Assembly (NCBI GenBank): GCA_964106915.2
Contig: OZ066924.1
Length of the DNA stretch: 64,000 nucleotides
Source of the DNA: Podarcis gaigeae
Lineage: Eukaryota
Reading direction: 5' to 3' (one strand)
The notes beneath the pieces are model-generated. The model was not told where the DNA came from. It saw only the letters and a program-made list of their open reading frames with translations, and did not search any database. Shown here in pieces: positions 26,991 to 38,780 of this stretch. The first letter of the stretch is position 1. Every line of letters starts with the position of its first letter. A program made the position numbers and the translations under genes.

Positions 26991-27100
26991 GACAGTGAAA
27001 AGAAAGGATTTATGAATAAGCTCTATGCCATCCAGGAAGTGTGTGTCAGTGTCCAGAACATCCTTGATGAAGTGGCTTCCTTTGGAGAAAGAATAAAGAA
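26991..27100 (+). CDS. MCTP1: MCTP1 exon (start of C-terminal PRT_C-like membrane region)
   Basis: Acceptor ctcataatccttAG, DSEKKGFMNKLYAIQEVCVSVQNILDEVASFGERIK(N), donor GTGAGT; 110 nt, phase 0-2. Confidence 0.96.
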
Positions 27101-27781
27101 GTGAGTGTTGACACACTGGTGCTCAGTTTCTCTCAGATGGTCTTCACATGCCTGTGTTTCCCCGAGGAAGTTGTGAAATGTTACCTGTTTTAATTTAGAC
27201 AAAACACATTGTTATGATGTACATTGCAAAATAACATTATACATGTTTTGCCGCTGTTTGTAATTTTTATCAGGATTTTACAAAAAATATGTAGTACAGA
27301 ACAGAAATAGCAGTGCATCTCTGAAGGAAGAAATAATTCTGAGTCATAGTTCATAAGCTTAACACTTTGTGACAAGAGAGACCATGCAGATGGCCAAGCT
27401 GCCCCTGACGCTCTTGAGAATAACTGGTACTCTGTACCATCCTGCCAAATGGCAAGAGCACATTAGGTGCTGATGTGGGGCAAACAGGTTATTTGTATGG
27501 GCTCTTGGGCAACATCAGCGCAAGAGCCTGAGAAGATGGGGTGGGTAGAATCAAAAGGATTTCAGAGACTTACACCCATTCCTAAAGAACTCACTTGAAA
27601 GCAACACTGACTGATTTCAATTAAAATGGGTGTGTTTAAAAATCAGAGCCTTGTGCAAGGGTAGCAGGTTGTGTTTTATCTCTCCTGCCTCTCCCGCTGC
27701 ACCACCATCAGTCCTGTTTGGGGCAGGATCTCACCAAGCTCTGAGCGGTGAGAAGTTTTAGGGGTTCCTACGTGTGCCCTG

Positions 27782-28146
27782 TGTTGTTTTTATTGGAATG
27801 AAGGTAACTGGAGACTTCTGGCATGTATGTGAAATCAGGTTTATTTATACAGAAACAGCATAAGATGGAAGGTTCACACATGCTACTCTGCCATTTGGTT
27901 CTTAGGGGACTCCCAGATTCCATAGCACTGGGTTTTTCGTAGAGAGCAAGTCTTGCATTTCAGACTCTGTTCCAAGGCTACAAGTCTACTGTTGTCTTTC
28001 AGATGGAGAGGTTGCTTGAGGAGAAACGGGGGTAGCAGGGGGAAGAAAGACATAGCAAGATCACCTCTACTTCACCATCTCTTTAGTTATGCAAAGGGAC
28101 ATTTTCTCAACTAAAGGGAATCTGCCAGGCTAAATTTGTCCAATCA
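27782..28146 (-). mobile_element. Possible solo LTR
   Basis: TGTTG...CAATCA ends, TTTATT about 60 nt from the left end, degenerate 5-bp flanks CCCTG/TTCTG. Confidence 0.35.
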
Positions 28147-28350
28147 TTCTGACCTCTTCAGTAGTCTCTCTTTCTGCAGAATACAACCTTGCAACTATTT
28201 TTAAAAACCGAAGGGTCCCAGAGTATTTTATTCCCCTTCCTCATTTCATTTCATTACATTACAATACCATGTTCAATTTGGCAGTGTGTCAAATTGCTAA
28301 GAAGTTGGGAGGAGACAGCACGCCTTACTTCTGTTAATTTTTTCATTCAG

Positions 28351-28460
28351 CACATTCAATTGGACTGTTCCGTTCTTGAGCTGGCTGGCAATCGTTGCCC
28401 TCTGTGTGTTCACAGTCATCCTGTATTTCACTCCACTGAGATACATTGTCCTTGTCTGGG
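28351..28460 (+). CDS. MCTP1: MCTP1 exon encoding the hydrophobic transmembrane segment
   Basis: Acceptor tttttcattcAG, (N)[36 protein letters not shown](G), donor GTAAGT; 110 nt, phase 2-1. Confidence 0.96.
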
Positions 28461-28967
28461 GTAAGTAAAGCCTTTCCTTCCCCTCCAAACCTGTCTATGC
28501 CACATAGAACAAACTGTTTATAAGGGATGAGTTATATTGTCAGTAGTTTTCTGTATTTATGATCATGAAGCTACTACATGATGGAAACAGACAGGTTAGT
28601 TAGAAATCACAACTGTGTAAAGATTTAGACTCACCTGCAAAACACATTTTTCTTGCCCAGCATCTTAGACTTAATCATGCTATAAACATGTATCCATGAG
28701 GATTCTTCATATATCAAACTGTAGCTTTGTCTAGATATAACTCTGATTTATTTTCACCACTTATATAAAAATAGTGGCATTTCAATTTATATAGCACATT
28801 TAGGACAATATGCTTTTGTTTAGCCTTTTATCAAATGGAAATATATAGAGGCAGTTCCTATGAACTAGCAATGAGAGGTCACCTTTAAATGAACAGAAAA
28901 GATACATGTATATTACACAGGCTGCTTCATACATTTTTTAAAGTGTGCATTTGTGTGCATTTTAGAG

Positions 28968-29099
28968 CAGGAATAGCCTACATTGTGCCCTCTAGATGTT
29001 ATTGGACTGCAATTTCTGCCACCCCTGACCATTGACCATGCTTGCTGGCCACGATGGGAGTCCAAAAGCATCTTAAGGACACCATGTTGGCTAGTCTTG
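28968..29099. mobile_element. Degenerate hAT-type MITE related to 2065-2193
   Basis: Shares the CCCTCYAGATGTT..GGACT..CCCTGACCATTG..GATGGGAGTCC..CATCT layout. Further decayed copies at about 35605-35690, 38780-38890 and 42980-43083. Confidence 0.65.
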
Positions 29100-29385
29100 C
29101 TTTAAAGTAACCAGCAGTGTAGAATGGCATGTGATGAGTGAGAGTTAAAAGGTGTTTCAATTAAACACTAAACTTGGGAGGCCTTTAGTTAGTAAAAAAT
29201 GGTCATTTGATTTACTGGTTGGGACCAGAAGGCTAAATCAAAATTCCGTCTGCCCCAAGGAAGAAAGGAAGAAAAGTGAGAATAATAGGAGCACTTGGCA
29301 AGAATGGGTTTGTAGCCAATTGTGTCTTAATATCATTGTAAGAGCCACTGGACAATGTATTAATATGATTTATCACTTTATTTAG

Positions 29386-29483
29386 GGATCAATAAATTTA
29401 CAAAGAAGCTCCGAAGTCCATATGCAATCGATAACAATGAAGTACTTGATTTCCTTTCCAGAGTTCCTTCAGATGTGCAACTG
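29386..29483 (+). CDS. MCTP1: MCTP1 penultimate coding exon
   Basis: Acceptor ctttatttAG, (G)[32 protein letters not shown], donor GTATGC; 98 nt, phase 1-0. [14 protein letters not shown] is the conserved MCTP tail motif. Confidence 0.96.
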
Positions 29484-29550
29484 GTATGCATTTGAATTTG
29501 ATCTTAAACTCATTAATTACTATTATCAGGCAGTGTTAATTTTACGTGTA

Positions 29551-29792
29551 CAGTGGTACCTCAGGTTACATACGCTTCAGGTTACATACGCTTCAGGTTA
29601 CAGACTCCAGTAACCCAGAAATAGTGCTTCAGGTTAAGAACTTTGCTTCAGGATGAGAACAGAAATTGTGCTCTGGCGGCGCGGCAGCAGCAGGAGGCCC
29701 CATTAGCTAAAGTGGTGCTTCAGGTTAAGAACAGTTTCAGGGTAAGAATGGACATCTGGAACGAATTAAGTACTTAACCCGAGGTACCACTG
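29551..29792. mobile_element. Tc1/mariner-pogo MITE
   Basis: TIR CAGTGGTACCTC...GAGGTACCACTG with TA TSD on both sides; internal repeats of GCTTCAGGTTA. Confidence 0.92.
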
Positions 29793-30558
29793 TACTTGCA
29801 CATGATGCTAAAGTTTCACATTTTGGCAATTTTTAATGTAATACGTTCAGTTACAGTTCTGGCAGACAGGCAGATAGACAGATATATAAAAAGGAAGCAT
29901 CTCAAAAGCTTCCATTCATTATTTATTGTCTATTGATTTTGTAATAGGCATAGGTTTCTTTTGCGGGGATTTTTTTTTTTTTTTTTTAATCTTAAAACTA
30001 GTTCTGCATTCCCAATAGGCCTATGTATATGTCACAGAGGCCTGCTGTTTGGGGGTGGCAGTGGCAAAGCATCCCACTTGGCATGCCCCTGTGCCAGATA
30101 TAGAGACAATGTAGTGCCAGGCTGTTTTGCCAGACACTCCTCTCTTCAACCATGCATAGCCTGTGGTAGCAAACAGGAAGATGAAATCAGAAGGTACCAG
30201 CTTATAAGCATGAGCAGACCACTTTGCCCAGTATTTCATAGCAGCAAGATGGTCATATGGAATTGTCGCCACCGTTCGCTGATGGTGGAAATTATTCTTG
30301 AACAGTTCGTTGCATGATGGGGACATTTTCAAAAATGTAAGGCTGCTGCACCCTCTGCACATAAAATCATATTTGCAGAAGTGTGTGTTGTCTGTTTATA
30401 TAAAACATTTTCTTTGCTATCAATATTTCCATTAACTATGGGTTGAATTTGAAACTGTTTAAAATAGCTGAAACATCAGTAGAAAGACACCTGGATACCT
30501 GCAGTTTTAATGTTCCTGACAAGGTGGGCCACATTATTTTGAGAATGTCATTATACAA

Positions 30559-30699
30559 CTGGGAGCTCTCTGTTGGTGTAGCAAGAGACTCTTCATCTCA
30601 GGGTCATAGGTTGGAGCCCCATGTTGGGCAAAAGGTTTTTCCACTGCAGGGGGTTGGATTAGATGACCCTTGTGGTCCCTTCAAACTCTACAATTCTGT
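30559..30699 (+). mobile_element. tRNA-Lys(CTT)-derived SINE with CR1-type tail
   Basis: GAGACTCTT.ATCTCAGGGTC..GGTT.GAGCCCCA.GTTGGGC resembles tRNA-Lys-CTT; tail GCAGGGGGTTGGA.TAGATGACCCT..GGTCCCTTC.AACTCTA. Confidence 0.85.
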
Positions 30700-30989
30700 A
30701 AAGAAGTTTATAAAGTAGGTACTGTTCATTTTTAAAGTCATATCCCGTGGGGGAGACTTCACTGAAGTTTCTGCCACCATACTGCATTATTTCCTGGCAT
30801 TATTTTCCTTGTGTTGCTTTTCCTCCTAGCAATACATAAAAGTATTTGACCTTTGGGGTGCAGGGCTCAAATAGCTTGTAGGTGTGATAGCAAGAATACT
30901 TCCTTACTCCTTTGCATGGATATTTTTTTTTTTGAAATCCTGTGGTTGTGTTGAGTTGAAATTTCTCTCTTAACTTTGTGTTTAAACAG

Positions 30990-31061
30990 GTGCAGTACCA
31001 AGAACTGAAACATGATCCTACACACAGTCCAAGTAAGAGGAAGAAAAACAACCCTGGCTAG
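30990..31061 (+). CDS. MCTP1: MCTP1 last coding exon with stop codon
   Basis: Acceptor tttgtgtttaaacAG, VQYQELKHDPTHSPSKRKKNNPG then TAG; resembles the recalled MCTP1 C-terminus. Confidence 0.95.
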   Translation: MQYQELKHDPTHSPSKRKKNNPG

Positions 31062-32940
31062 CCAAATCCGTGTGCTGAGGAGACCATCATCTGTTCAAGG
31101 GGAAAATAAAACTAAAAAGCTCTAGACCTAAGGAGCATTTCCTCTCTCTAAGCTTTATTTATTTTGCCTTTTATTCATAATGGGAAAATTTATAAATACT
31201 GTACAAAGGGATTTATCAGTGAAATTGCACTTGAAGTTGGACAGAGTTATGACGAAGGCTTCAAATTTAGTTTAAGCTGAAGTTTTGTTGGAGTCCATTT
31301 ATAGCATGAATGTGAAATGGTAAGTGATATGATAGGCACACATGACTGGATAAATAAAAGATACATTTTTAAACTCATGCTCTGGTTAATTTTTAAAAGC
31401 TAACTGAGGATTTATGCATGACCCATCCTTTTATCCAAAGAAGATCACTCTTTTTTAAATTTTATACATTTTGCCAGAAGAACAGAGCAAAGGCACTTAT
31501 TTGTGTGTTTCATCCAAAAGAAATAAAACTGTAATTAGACCCTGCTGCAAATAAACAAACTGACTAGGGCTTGCCTAAAAAGCAAGCTATATATACACTA
31601 AACGCAAATGTCTTACTGGAGCTCCAAAGATTTAAAGAAGTTTTTAACACTTTTATCATTCCACCACAAAACTTTGAAAAAAAATATATACCTGTATCTA
31701 AAATACTGCCAGGTTTATAACGGATTGCATCTTTAACTTTTTATATTGCCACTAATCTTGATTTGTACTTACTTAGCCTAGTGAAGAACCTGCATATCGT
31801 TCAGTAGTGAAAGAAATATTATCAGATTAAAACCATATTGCTTCAGGTGTCAGGCTGTGAACACCTTTTGTGCACATATAGTATGTCAATACTAAAATCT
31901 GTTTGCTTCCTAATCAAAAGGCCATTTTAAAAGGCTTTACAGCATAGCACTTGACCTAGTACTGTGGCAAATGAAAAAGAAGCAATGTGGGCTGAATTTA
32001 TATACCTGTTTTGTTTCTTCATTTGATTCACCTAATCAGTCCTCCTGATAGTTAAGTGCCCTGTTGCGTGGAAAGCATTTTTTAAATTGTGGCAGATGGG
32101 AATATGGTTTACATTTCAAAACATTGCCATTGCATAATGAGTGGCTAGGAATATATTCTTAAACTGTGACCAGTGGAGCTCTTGAGTTGAGTCTGTACAC
32201 CTAAGGACCTTATCATATAGTCCTTACAGAAAACCTGCAGTGGATGTCAAAAGGACCAATTAAGAACTAATGGATTTGTGCCCTCAGGGGGGAAAGAGAT
32301 TCCACACTCTTCATTACAGAACATTCAGTCTGCGTGGTGGCTGCTTACCAGATTCTATTGCACTACTTACTGTTAAAATAGTCCTTTTTTTGAGAGAGAA
32401 ATATTCAATAGTATATGCACAGGAAAATGTATATACATTAATTTACATCTAAAGGTATTCTTAAACTACATTTCTCATGAAAGCTGATTTTGAAAATTAT
32501 TTTTATCTTAGAGATGTGTTGCTGTTTCTTACAGAAGAACTATTTTGAAATTGCCTATTTATACAACATGCTTGAAAGAATGCCAAACAAGTTATGTATC
32601 TGCAGGGAAGACTTGACCCGAACATGTTCTGGTTATGTAGCCAGGTGATCGTGACTTATTCAATATGCACATGTATGCAGGTCGTGTCTCTGTTTATTGC
32701 TGATGAACAAATATGCCATTAATGAAGTCAACCTATTGAATTGTCTGTATTAATGTTGATAATTTCTTTTAGTCTGGAATATTTTGTTCACAGTGAAAAC
32801 CTGTTACATAATACATGAAGACTTTTCTCTTTATTTGTTCACTTACTATTATCTATCATTCTGTGGGCTTTTTTCCCCCCTGTACAAAATGCTAACCTAA
32901 CTTATTTATGCCATTAAACTCATATGACAAACGATTGATT
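31062..32940 (+). other. MCTP1: Probable MCTP1 3' UTR (end uncertain)
   Basis: AT-rich, repeat-free stretch after the stop. AATAAA near 31085, 31353 and 31522 and ATTAAA at 32913-32918; recognisable repeats resume at about 33235. Confidence 0.5.
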
Positions 32941-33234
32941 TACTGTGTGAAACATTATGGGATAAAGAAGAAAGAGTTAATATACTCCCCACTCTCCCAT
33001 GCTCAGGGAGAGCAAATGTCCACAATTTGCATAACGGCATTGATGGGAAAGCATCTATAATGACCACTTTGAATTGGGGCCAGCAATTAAAAGTAATATT
33101 GGTGACTGCTTAGAGAAGTTATTTTCTCTCCTAGAGTTATAAATGCACTTGGAATTGCTGCCTTTGGATCTCCCAACACCCCATCTGAGCTCTTCACCTG
33201 CAGGGGGCTGTTGCCTTTTGGTTTATGCAATGGT

Positions 33235-33303
33235 CATAGAACCATAGAAGAGTTGGAAGGGATCTAAGGATCATCTAGTCCAACCCACTGCAATGCAGGA
33301 ATA
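33235..33303 (-). mobile_element. CR1-type SINE/LINE tail fragment
   Basis: CATAGAA..GAGTTGGAAGGGA..ATCATCTAGTCCAACCC.CTGCAATGCAGGAAT is the reverse complement of the tail seen in the SINEs above. Confidence 0.75.
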
Positions 33304-33339
33304 ACCCTAGGAAGCCCCCAAGGATGACATAAAGACTAC

Positions 33340-33790
33340 AGACCTCTCCTGCTGAATGTTCAGTGGCATGCTGAGTACTGAGATTCCAATCAGCTACCGT
33401 TAATGGCCATTAGAGCTTATCACGCACGAGTTTGTCTGATCCCCTTTTGAAGCCATCTAAACTCATGTCAGTTCATTCTGTAAATGAATTGGATGGTGTG
33501 TGCAAAAGTGCCATTTGTCTGTCCTGAATATACAGTTAATCAGTTTCATTGAATGATTCCAAGTCCTAATAACAGGAGGGATAAAACCTTGTCTCCTAAT
33601 TACCTCAAAACATGCATTTTTTAAATCGGCTTCATTCCTGTTCTCCACTTGTTATATGGAAGTTCCATCCACGTAGTAATTTTGTTTTCCCTTTCTGTAC
33701 TTTCCCAGGTCTTTTTAAGATGAGGTTACCAAAACTGCACGTGGTATTCCAAATGTGGACTGCTCCATAAATTCATATAGAATTCAGGTG
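33340..33790 (-). mobile_element. Old CR1 LINE 3' fragment
   Basis: Degenerate ORF2 end TWNHSMKLINCIFRTDKWHFCTH (CR1-like TRGHxMKL..FRTDKRKYFFT) plus a recognisable 3' UTR. Confidence 0.65.
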
Positions 33791-35047
33791 CGTGCCAAAT
33801 ACATATTCTGTGCTGCGTAATCATGAGACTCAGCAGTATCTTTTCATAGCACCAGGTAGAGTATCACAGCTGGAATTCAGCTGCTGAATGAGTAAATAAA
33901 CCACGTTTTTCCTGCCTGAGAACATGCTTTGCCTTTCCACACATTTATCAAGGGTTACTGATAAGTTTACAAGCTTAGAATCCATGCAAGAGAGTTTGCA
34001 TGAAATAATTAGTACCAAGTTCTTCATATTTCTGTTAGTGACTTGTCTGTAAGCTGTTGATGTTCTCCTTTGGAGAGGAAACTTCTTTGGGGAATAAGCC
34101 TGCCTTAAGCATCAAGTGTTTCAAGATGCTCTGTGTGGTAAAATTAATTCTGGAGTGAGCATCTACACCTGTTAGTGTCCTTATTTTGATAACTCACCTC
34201 AGGCATTTTTTAAAAAGGCATTTGCTTTCAGAAGCACATAAAGCTGCTTTGTAGTAGAACAACATTTGCTATAAACAATTTTAAATCTATTGAGAGAGAC
34301 AAAAGAAATTTGCAAAATGTTTAGGTTTTCTACCTACTGCTAAAATCCATTCATAGCTGTAATTTTCAAATATCACTTAGGGAGAAAAATGTTCATTTTT
34401 CACAGTAGATGTTTCATGAATTGCTGTTTGAAATGCAATAAGAGAGAGAGATGGAAATAGTATTTTGGGTGTTTGGGTGTTCTTTAATCCAGTAGAGTGG
34501 AAATCAGGTCACACTTTCAAGTCACATTTTCCACAGCTCGGTCTGAAAGCGATCCTTTGAGCCTGAGGTTTATGTACTTTTACTTGGAAGTATTTCCCAT
34601 CAAGTTCAATAGAATTTTCATCCAAATAAGTGTATATAGGAGTACAGCCTTGATGTAGTCTTAAGTTTGCACGGCTTCAGACATGGGAGCTTTAAAGTGC
34701 AAGCAACTACAAAGTTCTGAGCTTGGTACCCTGAGCAGACCTACAAGTTGAAACAGTGAACAAAATGAAAAAGCAACCATTTTAAACTAGCGACCAGGAA
34801 TATTTGGCTAGGTCTGCAGTTTGTGGAATAGAGTGTGCACTCTGTTCAGAGATTTGACAGGAACCATGCCCGTCAGAGTGGCTGCAATCTGCTCCCTCTA
34901 CTTATGGGAAGCAGAATAGGGAGATGCACCTCATCATAGCATGATTCTTCCCATTGTTGCCATGCCACCCCTGTGCGGTTTTGCTAAGTGTTTTGTGATG
35001 TGTCAGATCAAGCTTCCCTCCACTTGCTTCCCTCCAGACGTTACGGA

Positions 35048-35310
35048 CTATTTGTTTTATTTATTTGCTGTGTCTCAAAACAGGTTATATTGTAGAAAGA
35101 ACAAGGGACATTAAAACCTAATTTTAAAACAAGATAGAAAATACCCGTGTGTTATGTATGACATCCTACATACCACACCACTTAAAAGGACGGCACAAAG
35201 AGTCCACAGACATAACTGGTTACTCTCCCAATTAAAGACGAAGGGACTGAGTAAATAGAAATGCTTTGCCTGGTGCCTAAAAACAGACAACAATGGTGCC
35301 AGGTGCTCCA
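35048..35310 (-). mobile_element. Old L2-like 3' fragment
   Basis: TTTA-rich tail followed by TGCTTTGCCTGGTGCCTAAA...TGGTGCCAGG. Confidence 0.45.
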
Positions 35311-36385
35311 CAAATAGGGGGGGAACAAAGAAAGAGGAGGAGAAGGAATGTGGCAAGGAGTGTAGTGAGCAGGTGGTGAAACTCACCTCCTCCACTGATA
35401 GTCCCAGCTGCCACACCCAGCAAAGCCTCCAGCTGGGGCCTACTTCAAGCTGACAAGCCTGACTGGGCTGTCAATCAGTTCAGGGGGTGGGGTAATAGTG
35501 AAGCCAGTGTTTTCATACATTCCCAAGCAGGAGGGGGGGGGGGAGGAGGAGGAACATAGCAGCAAGAATATCAGGGCTGGCTGGGTAAGTGGACCAACAA
35601 AGATTCCATTTCCCACTATTGCTGACTATTGGCTATGCTGACTGGGGCTGATGCAGGCAAAATGTTGGGAGGGCACCAGGCTGAAGAAGCCTTCATCAAA
35701 CTATTCAAGGTTCTTGTGCACCTCCAGGTGGTGGTTGAAGGAGGAAGCTGCTAGATGTTTTAAGGTGATACGCACTGCAGGTGGGCAGGTCTTGGCTTGC
35801 CATTAATGGATGGGTGCTTTGCAGCACATCTGAAACAGTGGCAGAATTGGGGACAGGGAAGAGAATTAAGCAGAAGTTCGAACTTCTGAGTAGCCGGTAG
35901 TCTCTTCCTGTCCCTTTTCTCTCTCACACACCACACACTGTCTTGAGATTCCTGTAATGATTATGAACGTAAACATAGTCTGTTAACTGATGATTGCAAA
36001 CAAAAATACTCATAATAAGGATGTTGTTAAGTGTAGTATTAAAGCAGAGATGCTAAGAAAAGTTTTGAACAGTCAAGAAAAGCTGTACTCAGCTTGATCC
36101 TGCAAGCAGCGGCCCCTTTTCCCCAACCAAGAATGGGGAAAACTGGTGGAAAGCGTTATTAAAGATTAATTTTTGAAGCAGATAGAAGAACCAGTCTAGC
36201 TGAAGCAGAATCAGCATGGCTTCTGCAAAGGCAATTCCTGCCTTATAAATGCATTTGTATTTTTTGAGGGCATATGAATCAGAAATGGTGAGCTGCAGGC
36301 TTCCCAATTTGGCTCTTGCAGTTGTTTTCCCCAGATCATGTCCACCTGCCCCATGCTTGATAGAGGCAGCTGGATCGGGTGCTTG

Positions 36386-37199
36386 GTTTTTTGTTTTGTT
36401 TTTTAAATGTATTTTTATTAAAGATTTTCTTGATTTACAAAGGTATGTGCAATGTCTTTCAATTTTTTCCCCCACGTAACAATTTTTAAAATATTTTTTT
36501 ACAAATCGGTTTCATTTGTTGAGACATTAGGAAGAATAGGGGGAAAGAGGTGGAGGGGGAAAAATATGAGTGGGGGTGGGGTCAGGTGGTGATGTTTCTA
36601 TTTTGCTTAATATATGTGGGGTTTTGTGTCAGCGTTGCTTGTGTGGGTTCTCTGCTGTTCACTTGCGTTCCTTTGGTGGTGAGAGAGGTTGGGGTTGGCC
36701 TAGGGTGTGGCTGTTCATTTGTGGTTGGCTGTGGTGATCTTTGTTTTCATGTGTGAGTGGGGTGGGTGGGTGTTTTGGATCAGGTTAGCCATATTGATTT
36801 GTATGCTGTTGGTGGATTTTTGTCATTGTCTTGTTGGGCTGTGTATGTGATAAAGGGGAGCCATACCGGGGTGAAGGAGTCTTTTTCTATTTGTCCCCGT
36901 GTCAGTTTCAGTTTATTGGCTAATTTTTCTAGTAAGGCTGTTTCCCATACTATTGGTACCATTGGTCCATGTTTATTCCTGACAGGTCTCTCCAGTGTCT
37001 GGTTATGACGTTTCTGGCTGCTGAGAGTAGGTGGGTTATGAGTTCTTTGTGGCGTAAGTGGGCATTGTTGTCTTGGAAGATGTTTAGTAGGGCCATTTCT
37101 GGGGTGATTTCTAATACTTGCTTGGTTATTTTACATATTTCTCATATGACTGTTGTCCAGAATAGTTGGATTTTGGGACACTCCCACAACATGAGGAGG
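36386..37199 (-). mobile_element. 5'-truncated L1-clade LINE, second family, decayed
   Basis: Minus strand reads MLWECPKIQLFWTTVI*EICKITKQ...LLSAARNVITRHWRD...WYQ/IVWETALLEKL with one stop and one frameshift. AATAAA and an A-rich tail lie at the left end. Flanking 15-mer TGGA(T/A)CGGGTGCTTG at 36371-36385 and 37200-37214. Confidence 0.87.
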
Positions 37200-37374
37200 T
37201 GGAACGGGTGCTTGTTCAGCCAATACTTAGTGAAAGCAAAGTTGCCACCCCCACCACCCCCATCAGCTGCACAGGGAGTTCAATCTCCTTGGCTTGTCTG
37301 CAAAATCATCAAATTTCAGAAGCAAAATTTGAGGCTTTTTCATTTGCAGAAAAACAAAAGGAGACATGATAGAG

Positions 37375-37620
37375 GCATAGAAAATTAAGCATGATGTGGA
37401 GAATCGGCTAGAGAAAAGTTTTTCTCCCTCCCTCATAACATTATAATTTGGGGGGTTCAATTAAGCTGAATATTGGTAGATCCAGGGCAGAATTAAACAA
37501 AGGATTTCTTCATGGTTAAACTATGGAATTAACTCCCACATGATGTAAAGCCATCTGTCTTATCCTTCATTAATTTGTCTATCAATGGCTACTGGCTCTG
37601 TTCTGTCTCCACTGCTGCAG
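37375..37620 (+). mobile_element. Old CR1 LINE 3' fragment
   Basis: TAGAGAAAAGTTTTTCTCCCTCCCTCATAACA...AAGCTGAATATTGG.AGAT.CAGG.CAGA...TTAAACTATGGAA..ACTCCCACA...CTATCAATGGCTACT. Confidence 0.65.
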
Positions 37621-38379
37621 TGAAATAAGTCCCAACTTGGATTGTCATTTGAAGGAAAATGCTTTGGGGCTCAAGTTACACAAAATATATTCCTCTGCCT
37701 ATTTTTGTAAGACCATTCGTCGCGTGTGAAAGTGAGGGATGGGGTAATTGGTTGCTTTCAAAGGATGGGCAAATTAAAAGTAATTATAATTTTACCTTTT
37801 TAAATGCAAGATTGCTGAGGGTGGTTCTTTTCTTTCCCCCTCCTCTTTTAAAAACCTAATGAATGACAAACTTAATGCCACTTCAAGTAACTTTTCTGGG
37901 ATGGAATACCTCTGGGAATGGCACCTTGTCATGACACAGCATCATTCCCAGGAGCATTCTGGGAGGAAGGGGAAGAATGGTCACAATGTGGCCACTAGTT
38001 TATGCCACTGCTCTAGCGCAGCCATTAGATGTGGCAGCCATTATTTTGTGGATTACAAATGTGGGCAAAATGTAATTGTTCAAAAAACTAAACTAAAATT
38101 ATTTTGTAGCAATCACAAAGTCGCAATAGGGTATGCTCATTCCGTCATTTCTCTATTAAAACATAAAAGGTGCTGTAATTTTCGGGCAACAATCCAGGAG
38201 AGCCTCAGGAAATTCAAAGTCAAGCCTGAAAACCTGTTTGTAACCAATGTTGTTTTCCTTTTAAATTGGTTAATTCTGCATTCCTGAAACATTGGAAATA
38301 GCCATCTGCACAAACATCTGTTCTAAACCTCTCCTTTAACGATGCACTAGTGGTGAAATCACTACCACCACATCATGCA

Positions 38380-38780
38380 AGAACTTAAGAGGAAACGACC
38401 ATTTAGTCCAGCCTCCTTTTCTCCCAAGGAACCACTAGTTGTCCGCGACAGCCCCACAAGCAGGACATATGTGCAACAGCAGTCTCTCGTGCTTCCTGGC
38501 AACTGTTAAAATATCGTCATTGTGACTAGTAGCCATTATTAGGCTTATTAATCAAGAATTTGGCAACACCTTTTCAAAACTGTTTAAGCTGGTGGTTATT
38601 ATCACATCCTGGGTTTATGAATTCCATTCTTTAACAATGCAGAATGCAAAGAAGTACTTCTGTTCTCCAACATTCTGCTTCTTTGGATTGTCCCATGTTC
38701 TAGAATTATGGCATCTAGAATCTAGTATTCTAGGAGATGGGAGAGAGGGAAATTTCTTTCTATGCACTTTCTCCAAAACA
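38380..38780 (-). mobile_element. Old CR1 LINE 3' fragment
   Basis: Reverse-complement CR1 motifs: GAATTCCAT..TTTAAC.ATGC..GAAGTACTT and GGAGAGAGGGAAATTTCT. Confidence 0.55.

Noticed and set aside
29551-29740. Regularly recurring GCTTCAGGTTA units as a CRISPR-like array
   Set aside because: Eukaryotic context, irregular spacing, and the units sit inside a TIR/TA-bounded MITE.
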